Made by a program: the position numbers and the translations under genes | Shown: positions 25,408 through 35,459 of the stretch, in pieces | Layout: each line of letters opens with the position of its first letter | Position numbering within the stretch: position 1 is the stretch's first letter | The notes under the pieces: generated by a model | Told to the model about the DNA's origin: nothing | The model's input: the letters and a program-made list of their open reading frames with translations, nothing else | Databases searched by the model: none | Assembly: GCF_006345805.1 (NCBI RefSeq) | Contig: NC_043000.1 | Location: 65,100,001 to 65,164,000, forward strand | Direction of reading: 5' to 3' | Length of the DNA: 64,000 bases | From: Octopus sinensis | Lineage: Eukaryota

Positions 25408-26733
25408 ATGCAAGAACAGACTTACGCGCGAGCGGCAGGCAGAGGCCTGGTTGCCGGTGAGCTGGAAATGGAGGAGGTGGTGGTCGAACAGAAGACTTTA
25501 CAGAAGTATTTCGACAGTTTAAAGAGGGAGGGTGACTGCGTAAGAGTCACACGTCAGGAGGAGGAGGAGGAAAGCAGCGAGAGAGAAGCGTACTATAACG
25601 TACAGGACGTGGTGTGTGGAGTCCAAAAAAATTGAAGTGGCGGAAATGAAAGAAGTAGAAGAATGTCTGAAGGAAATTGAGGGCGAACCCACATTTTTCA
25701 AAAGAGGAAGGAAGTATGCCACGGTGGTGGTATATTTTGAAACAGAAAATGAGGCAAAAAAGAACGCAACAAGACTTTTGAAATCGGATAAGTGGACTTT
25801 GCTACCAAGTTACTGCGGAAGGAGAGCAGTGAGGATGAGAATCAATAGAATCTCACCCGAATTTAATATGGAAAGGTTGCTGGCAGCAGTGCTGTTTAAC
25901 TGCAAGGATGATGTGGAGGTACTGAAGGTGGAGAAGTCAGCGGAGGTGAAATGGTGGGGATATACGGTGCAGGTTCTCGCGCACATTACCGTGCGAGACC
26001 TGTACAACATCCCGGAGGAGCTGGTCTACCCTGACGAGACACGGCTCCGAGTTGTGGTAGAGGGAAGACCCCCAATTTGCTACAATTGTAAATCAAGGGG
26101 CCACATGAAGGATGTGTGCCCGCGAGAAAAAACTAAAGCACCGGAGGTTGTGATGGAGGACGTGTGTGTGGAGGAGGCAAAGCGGAGGAAGTACGAATGG
26201 AGGAGCGGTTAAGTGAGAAGAACGAGAGAGTGCAGAGAAGAGGAAAAGACGGAAGACAGGAAGAGATCAAGGGTGGAATCACCACCGAAGGATCAAAAAA
26301 AGAAGAGAAAATTAAAAGCAAGATAGCAGAAAAGAGAGAAGACAAAGAGCACGGAAGTAAAAGAGAAGGTGAGAGAGCGGCCAAGGACAGAGTTTGAAAA
26401 GAATGGGAGACAAGAGTAAACGAGCAATTGGAATCGTGCAGATATGGAAGAAGGCCTACAGGGAAAAACTTGAAGGCGGTTGTAATGTATATCAAGAATA
26501 CAGAAGTGGAGAAGAGACTTGTAGGTAAGAAAGGGTTGGTCAGGGTGAAGGTGAACCCAAAGCTGTATGGTGACGACGTGAAAGGCGTCATTATAGACAA
26601 AGAGACATATATAAAACTAAAAAAGATGTTTAATGCCATACACATAACGCATTATGTGCGGTATGATAAATTGCCAGATGTTATAGAGCATACGGACCTG
26701 TTGGATTATATGACGGACGAGCGTCTAATGTAA
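25408..26733 (+). pseudogene. ORF1/Gag-like protein, unit 2 (frameshifted as assembled)
   Basis: ORF fragments 25408-25635, 25616-26212 and 26428-26733 tile the unit-4 protein. Confidence 0.75.
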
Positions 26734-27144
26734 AAGAATCAGAATTGTAAGATTTAAAGTTGTATTTTGAATATATGTAATGTTGACATGTAGAATTGTA
26801 AAATTATTGTAAATGTAAAATTGTATGTATAATTGTATTTTAAACGGAACTGCGAGTTGGGGGTTCGTAAGCCGTTCCATCTCATTACATCTAATTCATT
26901 TTTTACTTCATATTTTATTTTTATTTTATGTACCCCATGTCCCGTCTTGTAATGTCCCCCTCTTCGTGGCCCCTTAGTGGGTAATAAAGAAATAGGTCAT
27001 TAGTAGGAGAGCGTCTTAGGCTTTTAGTCTTTGAGTGAGTTATTTGGAGTTATTCAGGTGTGATTATTCTGGTGTGTTTATTTCAAGTGAAGAGGTGGTG
27101 AGTTCGAGTTCGTTGGAGGACGTGGAATAATTTTTTTCCTGAAA

Positions 27145-28464
27145 ATGCAAGAACAGACTTACGCGCGAGCGGCAGGCAGAGGCCTGGTTGCCGGTGAGCT
27201 GGAAATGGAGGAGGTGGTGGTCGAACAGAAGACTTTACAGAAGTATTTCGACAGTTTAAAGAGGGAGGGTGACTGCGTAAGAGTCACACCGTCCGAGGAG
27301 GAGGAAAGCAGTGCCGAGAAGCGTACTATAACGTACAGGACGTGGTGTGTGGAGTCCAAAAAAATTGAAGTGGCGGAAATGAAAGAAGTAGAAGAATGTC
27401 TGAAGGAAATTGAGGGCGAACCCACATTTTTCAAAAGAGGAAGGAAGTATGCCACGGTGGTGGTATATTTTGAAACAGAAAATGAGGCAAAAAAAAAGAA
27501 CGCAACAAGACTTTTGAAATCGGATAAGTGGACTTTGCTACCAAGTTACTGCGGAAGAGAGCAGTGAGGATGAGAATCAATAGAATCTCACCCGAATTTA
27601 ATATGGAAAGGTTGCTGGCAGCAGTGCTGTTTAACTGCAAGGATGATGTGGAGGTACTGAAGGTGGAGAAGTCAGCGGAGGTGAAATGGTGGGGATATAC
27701 GGTGCAGGTTCTCGCGCACATTACCGTGCGAGACCTGTACAACATCCCGGAGGAGCTGGTCTACCCTGACGAGACACGGCTCCGAGTTGTGGTAGAGGGA
27801 AGACCCCCAATTTGCTACAATTGTAAATCAAGGGGCCACATGAAGGATGTGTGCCCGCGAGAAAAAACTAAAGCACCGGAGGTTGTGATGGAGGACGTGT
27901 GTGTGGAGAGGCAAAAGCGGAGGAAGTACGAATGGAGGAGCGGTTAAGTGAGGAAGAACGAGAGAGTGCAGAAGAGGAAAAGACGGAAGACAGGAAGAGA
28001 TCAAGGGTGGAATCACCACCGAAGGATCAAAAAAAGAAGAAAATTAAAAGCAAGATAGCAGAAGAGAGAGAAGACAAAGAACAGGAAGTAAAAGAGAAGG
28101 TGAGAGAGCGGCCAAGGACAGAGTTTGAAAAAGAATGGGAGACAAGAGTAAACGAGCAATTGGAATCGTGCAGATATGGAAGAAGGCCTACAGGGAAAAA
28201 CTTGAAGGCGGTTGTAATGTATATCAAGAATACAGAAGTGGAGAAGAGACTTGTAGGTAAGAAAGGGTTGGTCAGGGTGAAGGTGAACCCAAAGCTGTAT
28301 GGTGACGACGTGAAAGGCGTCATTATAGACAAAGAGACATATATTAAACTAAAAAAGGATGTTTATGCCATACACATAACGCATTATGTGCGGTATGATA
28401 AATGCCAGATGTTATAGAGCATACGGACCTGTTGGATTATATGACGGACGAGCGTCTAATGTAA
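27145..28464 (+). pseudogene. ORF1/Gag-like protein, unit 3 (frameshifted as assembled)
   Basis: ORF fragments 27145-27567, 27528-27947 and 27899-28417 tile the unit-4 protein. Confidence 0.75.
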
Positions 28465-28871
28465 AAGAATCAGAATTGTAAGATTTAAAGTTGTATTTTG
28501 AATATATGTAATGTTGACATGTAGAATTGTAAAATTATTGTAAATGAAATTGTATGTATAATTGTATTTTAAACGGAACTGCGAGTTGGGGGTTCGTAAG
28601 CCGTTCCATCTCATACATCTAATTCATTTTTTACTTCATATTTTATTTTTATTTTATGTACCCCATGTCCCGTCTTGTAATGTCCCCCTCTTCGTGGCCC
28701 CTTAGTGGGTAATAAAGAAATAGGTCATAGTAGGAGAGCGTCTTAGGCTTTTAGTCTTTGAGTGAGTTATTTGGAGTTATTCAGGTGTGATTATTCTGGT
28801 GTGTTTATTTCAAGTGAAGAGGTGGTGAGTTCGAGTTCGTTGGAGGACGTGGAATAATTTTTTTCCTGAAA

Positions 28872-30191
28872 ATGCAAGAACAGACTTACGCGCGAGCGGC
28901 AGGCAGAGGCCTGGTTGCCGGTGAGCTGGAAATGGAGGAGGTGGTGGTCGAACAGAAGACTTTACAGAAGTATTTCGACAGTTTAAAGAGGGAGGGTGAC
29001 TGCGTAAGAGTCACACCGTCCGAGGAGGAGGAAAGCAGTGCAGAGAAGCGTACTATAACGTACAGGACGTGGTGCGTGGAGTCGAAAAAAATTGAAGTGG
29101 CGGAAATGGAAGAAGTAGAAAAGTGTCTGAAGGAAATTGAGGGTGAACCCACATTTTTCAAAAGAGGAAAGAAGTATGCCACGGTAGTGGTATATTTTGA
29201 AACAGAAAATGAGGCAAAAAAGAACGCAACAAGACTTTTGAAATCGGATAAGTGGACTTTGCTACCAAGTTACTGCGGAAGGAGGGCAGTGAGGATGAGA
29301 ATCAATAGAATCTCACCCGAATTTAATATGGAAAGGTTGCTGGCAGCAGTGCTGTTTAACTGCAAGGATGATGTGGAAGTACTGAAGGTGGAGAAGTCAG
29401 CGGAGGTGAAATGGTGGGGATATACGGTGCAGGTTCTCGCGCACATTACCGTGCGAGACCTGTACAACATCCCGGAGGAGCTGGTCTACCCTGACGAGAC
29501 ACGGCTCCGAGTTGTGGTAGAGGGAAGACCCCCAATTTGCTACAATTGTAAGTCGAGGGGCCACATGAAGGATGTGTGCCCGCGAGAAAAAACTAAAGCA
29601 CCGGAGGTTGTGATGGAGGACGCGTGTGTGGAGGAGGCGAAAGCGGAGGAAATACGAATGGAGGAGCGGTTAAGTGAGGAAGAACGAGAGAGTGCAGAAG
29701 AGGAAAAGACGGAAGACAGGAAGAGATCAAGGGTGGAATCACCACCGAAGGATCAAAAAAAGAAGAAAATTAAAAGCAAGATAGCAGAAGAGAGAGAAGA
29801 CAAAGAACAGGAAGTAAAAGAGAAGGCGAGAGAGCGGCCAAGGACAGAGTTTGAAAAAGAATGGGAGACAAGAGTGAACGAGCAATTGGAATCGTGCAGA
29901 TATGGAAGAAGGCCTACAGGAAAAAACTTGAAGGCGGTTGTAATGTATATCAAGAATACAGAAGTGGAGAAGAGACTTGTAGGTAAGAAAGGGCTGGTCA
30001 GGGTGAAGGTGAACCCAAAGCTGTATGGTGACGACGTGAAAGGCGTCATTATAGACAAAGAGACATATATAAAACTAAAAAAGATGTTTAATGCTATGCA
30101 CATAACGCACTATGTGCGGTATGATAAATTGCCAGATGTTATAGAGCATACGGACCTGTTGGATTATATGACGGACGAGCGTCTAATGTAA
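28872..30191 (+). CDS. Intact 439-aa L1/Tx1-type ORF1 (Gag-like) nucleic-acid-binding protein
   Basis: TYARAA N-terminal motif; RRM-like segments (..KRGKKYATVVVYFETENEAKK..; RMRINRISPEF..); IPEEL..RLRVVVEGRPPICYNCKSRGHMKDVCP with a CX2CX4HX4C knuckle at 29538-29579; E/K-rich linker; basic C-terminal domain; no RT or endonuclease motifs. Confidence 0.85.
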   Translation: MQEQTYARAAGRGLVAGELEMEEVVVEQKTLQKYFDSLKREGDCVRVTPSEEEESSAEKRTITYRTWCVESKKIEVAEMEEVEKCLKEIEGEPTFFKRGKKYATVVVYFETENEAKKNATRLLKSDKWTLLPSYCGRRAVRMRINRISPEFNMERLLAAVLFNCKDDVEVLKVEKSAEVKWWGYTVQVLAHITVRDLYNIPEELVYPDETRLRVVVEGRPPICYNCKSRGHMKDVCPREKTKAPEVVMEDACVEEAKAEEIRMEERLSEEERESAEEEKTEDRKRSRVESPPKDQKKKKIKSKIAEEREDKEQEVKEKARERPRTEFEKEWETRVNEQLESCRYGRRPTGKNLKAVVMYIKNTEVEKRLVGKKGLVRVKVNPKLYGDDVKGVIIDKETYIKLKKMFNAMHITHYVRYDKLPDVIEHTDLLDYMTDERLM

Positions 30192-30451
30192 AAGAATCAG
30201 AATTATAAGATTTAAAGTTGTATTTTGAATATATGTAATGTTGACATGTAGAATTGTAAAATTATTGTAAATGTAAAATTGTATGTATAATTGTATTTTA
30301 AACGGAACTGCGAGTTGGGGGCTCGTAAGCCGTTCCATCTCATTACATCTAATTCATTTTTTACTTCATATTTTATTTTACTCTATGTACCCCATGTCCC
30401 GTCGTGTAATGTCCCCCTCTTCGTGGCCCCTTAGTGGGTAATAAAAAAACA

Positions 30452-31366
30452 GGAAGGAGAGCAGTGAGGATGAGAATCAATAGAATCTCACCCGAATTTA
30501 ATATGGAAAGGTTGCTGGCAGCAGTGCTGTTTAACTGCAAGGATGATGTGGAGGTACTGAAGGTGGAGAAGTCAGCGGAGGTGAAATGGTGGGGATATAC
30601 GGTGCAGGTTCTCGCGCACATTACCGTGCGAGACCTGTACAACATCCCGGAGGAGCTGGTCTACCCTGACGAGACACGGCTCCGAGTTGTGGTAGAGGGA
30701 AGACCCCCAATTTGCTACAATTGTAAATCAAGGGGCCACATGAAGGATGTGTGCCCGCGAGAAAAAACTAAAGCACCGGAGGTTGTGATGGAGGACGTGT
30801 GTGTGGAGGAGGCAAAAGCGGAGGAAGTACGAATGGAGGAGCGGTTAAGTGAGGAAGAACGAGAGAGTGCAGAAGAGGAAAAGACGGAAGACAGGAAGAG
30901 ATCAAGGGTGGAATCACCACCGAAGGATCAAAAAAAGAAGAAAATTAAAAGCAAGATAGCAGAAGAGAGAGAAGACAAAGAACAGGAAGTAAAAGAGAAG
31001 GTGAGAGAGCGGCCAAGGACAGAGTTTGAAAAAGAATGGGAGACAAGAGTGAACGAGCAATTGGAATCGTGCAGATATGGAAGAAGGCCTACAGGGAAAA
31101 ACTTGAAGGCGGTTGTAATGTATATCAAGAATACAGAAGTGGAGAAGAGACTTGTAGGTAAGAAAGGGTTGGTCAGGGTGAAGGTGAACCTAAAGCTGTA
31201 TGGTGACGACGTGAAAGGCGTCATTATAGACAAAGAGACATATATAAAACTAAAAAAGATGTTTAATGCTATGCACATAACGCACTATGTGCGGTATGAT
31301 AAATTGCCAGATGTTATAGAGCATACGGACCTGTTGGATTATATGACGGACGAGCGTCTAATGTAA
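30452..31366 (+). pseudogene. 5'-truncated ORF1, unit 5 (frame open to the stop)
   Basis: Begins at ggaaggagagcag (codon ~135 of the full ORF) and runs open to the same stop. Confidence 0.8.
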
Positions 31367-31623
31367 AAGAATCAGAATTATAAGATTTAAGTTGTATTTT
31401 GAATATATGTAATGTTGACATGTAGAATTGTAAAATTATTGTAAATGTAAAATTGTATGTATAATTGTATTTTAAACGGAACTGCGAGTTGGGGGTCGTA
31501 AGCCGTTCCATCTCATTACATCTAATTCATTTTTTACTTCATATTTTATTTTACTCTATGTACCCCATGTCCCGTCGTGTATGTCCCCCTCTTCGTGGCC
31601 CCTTAGTGGGTAATAAAAAAACA

Positions 31624-32533
31624 GGAAGGAGAGCAGTGAGGATGAGAATCAATAGAATCTCACCCGAATTTAATATGGAAAGGTTGCTGGCAGCAGTGCT
31701 GTTTAACTGCAAGGATGATGTGGAGGTACTGAAGGTGGAGAAGTCAGCGGAGGTGAAATGGTGGGGATATACGGTGCAGGTTCTCGCGCACATTACCGTG
31801 CGAGACCTGTACAACATCCCGGAGGAGCTGGTCTACCCTGACGAGACACGGCTCCGAGTTGTGGTAGAGGGAAGACCCCCAATTTGCTACAATTGTAAAT
31901 CAAGGGGCCACATGAAGGATGTGTGCCCGCGAGAAAAAACTAAAGCACCGGAGGTTGTGATGGAGGACGTGTGTGTGGAGGAGGCAAAAGCGGAGGAAGT
32001 ACGAATGGAGGAGCGGTTAGTGAGGAAGAACGAGAGAGTGCAGAAGAGGAAAAGACGGAGACAGGAAGAGATCAAGGGTGGAATCACCACCGAAGGATCA
32101 AAAAAAGAAGAAAATTAAAAGCAAGATAGCAGAAGAGAGAGAAGACAAAGAACAGGAAGTAAAAGAGAAGGTGAGAGCGGCCAAGGACAGAGTTTGAAAA
32201 AGAATGGGAGACAAGAGTGAACGAGCAATTGGAATCGTGCAGATATGGAAGAAGGCCTACAGGGAAAAACTTGAAGGCGGTTGTAATGTATATCAAGAAT
32301 ACAGAAGTGGAGAGAGACTTGTAGGTAAGAAAGGGTTGGTCAGGGTGAAGGTGAACTAAAGCTGTATGGTGACGACGTGAAAGGCGTCATTATAGACAAA
32401 GAGACATATATAAAACTAAAAAAGATGTTTAATGCCATAACACATAACGCATTATGTGCGGTATGATAAATTGCCAGATGTTATAGAGCATACGGACCTG
32501 TTGGATTATATGACGGACGAGCGTCTAATGTAA
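31624..32533 (+). pseudogene. 5'-truncated ORF1, unit 6 (frameshifted as assembled)
   Basis: Same truncation point as unit 5; several 1-nt indels. Confidence 0.75.
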
Positions 32534-32811
32534 AAGAATCAGAATTGTAAGATTTAAAGTTGTATTTTGAATATATGTAATGTTGACATGTAGAATTGTA
32601 AAATTATTGTAAATGTAAAATTGTATGTATAATTGTATTTTAAACGGAACTGCGAGTTGGGGGTTCGTAAGCCGTTCCATCTCATTACATCTAATTCATT
32701 TTTTACTTCATATTTTATTTTTATTTTATGTACCCCATGTCCCGTCTTGTAATGTCCCCCTCTTCGTGGCCCCTTAGTGGGTAATAAAGAAATAGGTCAT
32801 TAGTAGGAGAG

Positions 32812-32962
32812 TCCTTGTACGAGTTCTCAGTTGGAGTCAGTGTCAGATACGTGTTATATACGAATCCGAGTTACCGTCAAGGTAGTCATTGCCTTGCGGA
32901 GCTATCAGCGATAGCACGATAGACGAGTCAAAGATTATAAGACGCGGAATACTGCCACAACA
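32812..32962 (+). mobile_element. Right portion of the interrupted Gypsy LTR
   Basis: Continues after the terminal 18-bp repeat and ends CACAACA (32956-32962), a 6/7 inverted match to the TGTAGTG start; PBS-like tggcgac at 32969-32975 and tggacgaggat at 33009-33019 make the exact end uncertain. Confidence 0.55.
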
Positions 32963-35342
32963 TAATAGTGGCGACAAGAATATTAAAGTGCCTACAATAA
33001 CATACAAGTGGACGAGGATCCACATTATAACAGTTATATCGACCCTTATTATATTGATTTGTTGACTTGTACTTATTTCATCATCCCAGCAAAGGTGATC
33101 TCGGCGGGATTAGAACTAAGAACATGAGTAGTAACTAAATATTACAACATTTTTGATTGCTGCTCTAGCGTTTCTGCTAATCACATAGAACGCTAACAGC
33201 AATGTACCGCAATATCGCTCATCTTACCACTCCCTCACCATCTTTAACAACAAAATGTTAGCGGATAATTCAGATATTTTTCATTGAAGCGAACTTATTT
33301 GGAAATCGAATGGCGTTTTTTGTTTCACATCACCGAACTGTTATTTATAATATTGCATTTCTGCAGAAAGATTGTACTGTAAAATGTAAGCACTCACCGT
33401 CGTGTAAGATACACCACTCATAAAAGAACAGTTTGATGGAGAGAAAATATTGTAGCAACCTTATTTAAATGTGCATTATTGTTTTTGTGAGAATGTAAAA
33501 CAAAATGATTTTGACTTTAGAGAAATTAAATAAAATATTTTCCCCATTAGAATGTAACAGTATTCAATGATTGTTGCTTTTATTATGTAAACATAATTCT
33601 TAAGCGCTCGCTATTACATTTCTTACAAGAAGAATGCCATTACCACAACTGAAAGAACCGGTGTTTTAATGTTGTTATAATGCGTTTTTTATGTTATTAT
33701 ATCAAGCAATGATGGTAGAGCTACGCTAGTTTTAAACATTTCACTTTAAGGTTAGATTCTCTTTCTTATGTCCTTTGTATCTGTATCCACATTTAGTTTA
33801 AATATATAAAAAAAACATGTTCTACACCTCCATTTACCTTCAAAACAAATTCAGTTTAATTGAGTTCTATGTTGTTGTTCTAAAGAACAGGAATTTATAT
33901 TTCAAAAACAAATATTAAACTTTTCTATTCAAAGAGATATTATCGTCTTTATCTGAGCCGAAGAATTATTGACATGCTTCTTTGCAGATAAAGGCACCGT
34001 AATCTGAAACGATTAAAAGAATATTAAATGTCACAAGCAATGGCAGCATTGCAGTGTAACTCAGTGGTTTCCACCTAAGTGATTCGCAGAAAATAAAATC
34101 TTTTTACTTTTGAAATTCATGCTAAAATGCAAAATGTTTGTAAATATGTTATACAATAAGCCATAGACATAAGGGCTACAGCGTATTTACTGTTAACAAA
34201 AAAACGGGATTATTTCTCCATGACAAGTATGGAATACTTTTTAAAATGCAATAGAAGTTTATCGCTAAGACAAAAACTGGTGGCGACAGTAAACGTGTGG
34301 CGACAGTAAACGGGTGGGAACTATTGATGCATCATATTCTATTGCTTATCACTTAATTTCGCTATTCTTTCTTCTATCTTTACTCTCTGCACCATTTCTT
34401 CTCGATATGGTACTGCACCATTAGTTCATGATATGATACTGAAGCAAAACAGTGGTAAGCTTAATAGTCATCCAGTTTAACACCGTTACACGACAGTTGA
34501 GGGCTTTCAGAAGAGTTCACTTTGTAGCAAGCATTCGAGCTAGAACTCCACTCTAAGGATAACCAACCAATAAGTCTTGTTTTCACCTACTCTTTTTCCA
34601 ATCAGTCTTGGAGGTCCAGCAAACAGGTCATGAGAGCTACCTTTCATCATCAGACAAAAATCATTAAAAATAAAAACTGATATGGAAATTGGTTATCATC
34701 TAACTTAACTGTACACCACATCAGTTACACAGCAATAATAGCATCGTGTATCCCGATTGAAGAGAATTACAAGATGTAATTAGACATTACGCGCGTAAGA
34801 ATTATAACAGCGGTGAATTGTAAGAGCCATTAGAGCATAGAATAAAATGCATCGCAGTATTTCTTCCGACTCTCTGCGTTCTGAATGAGTTAAGATCTCG
34901 CCGAGGTCAATTTACCTCTCGCTCTTCCTGAATCGATAAAAATTACCAATCTCGAACGGTGGATTGTCAGAACGTCGGAAGATGTCAAGTTGTATCGACG
35001 CTTGCCTTACCTTTTTTCTCAGGCAACATCGGTAGCATAAAAAGGCGAGACTAGTGTGCATAGACAACTCGATAGTCTTCCACAAAACAAATTCGGTAAA
35101 GTCTTGGCATGCGCATAAATGTGTGGTACAAGGTTGACGGTGGCTTTAGAATTTTGGTATTCCTAATAAGTAGAAGTTTGACTCAGTTATTTTTGTTGCT
35201 GCTGTTTTAAAAAGGTAAATGAAATTTCGTTCAATTGTGGGAAGATATGTTATTTAATTGAAAATGCTTTTAAATGGCCAAGTAGGAATATGTAAACTTT
35301 TCTATTTCGGTAACAGATAACTACATTAGGACAATCAAATGT

Positions 35343-35459
35343 TTAGCGGCCTTGTTGTTGATAGGTTTCATCAATGAACACATCTTCACGTTCCAGTCTT
35401 TCTTCTTCTTGAAGGTAGTTATGGTACCAATGATAACTACCTATTTGGAATCTGGGTAA
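35343..35459 (-). CDS. Possible terminal coding exon of an unknown gene (LPRFQIGSYHWYHNYLQEEERLEREDVFIDETYQQQGR*)
   Basis: Pyrimidine-rich acceptor aatttcttttaaag| followed by a phase-0 open frame of 38 codons and TAA; protein-like composition; no partner exon identified. Confidence 0.25.
   Translation of the reverse strand, partial: LPRFQIGSYHWYHNYLQEEERLEREDVFIDETYQQQGR

Larger units (their letters stand above)
23521..32811 (+). mobile_element. Head-to-tail array of an ORF1-only L1/Tx1-like non-LTR element (4 full ~1.72-kb units + 2 5'-truncated ~1.17-kb units)
   Basis: Units 23539-25250, 25268-26993, 27012-28721, 28739-30451, 30452-31623, 31624-32793. aggtcattagtaggagag at 23521-23538, 26994-27011 and 32794-32811, with 1-nt-deleted versions at 25251-25267 and 28722-28738. 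Each full unit = ~133-nt 5' UTR, ORF, ~260-nt 3' UTR ending aataaagaaat. Confidence 0.9.

Noticed and set aside
23671-28464. Genuine pseudogenisation of units 1-3
   Set aside because: Not supportable either way: disruptions are mostly 1-nt indels in homopolymers that differ between copies, typical of long-read error.
23688-32296. Recurring minus-strand ORFs inside the array (e.g. MAYFLPLLKNVG.., MLYRSRTVMCAR..)
   Set aside because: Antisense shadows of the purine-rich ORF1; they recur only because the unit is repeated.
23521-32811. CRISPR-like or satellite interpretation of the recurring 18-bp sequence
   Set aside because: The intervening sequences are near-identical 1.7-kb coding units rather than unique spacers, and the context is eukaryotic.
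34276-34312. Tandem gtggcgacagtaaac, PBS-like
   Set aside because: No adjacent LTR or gag sequence; likely a chance short duplication.
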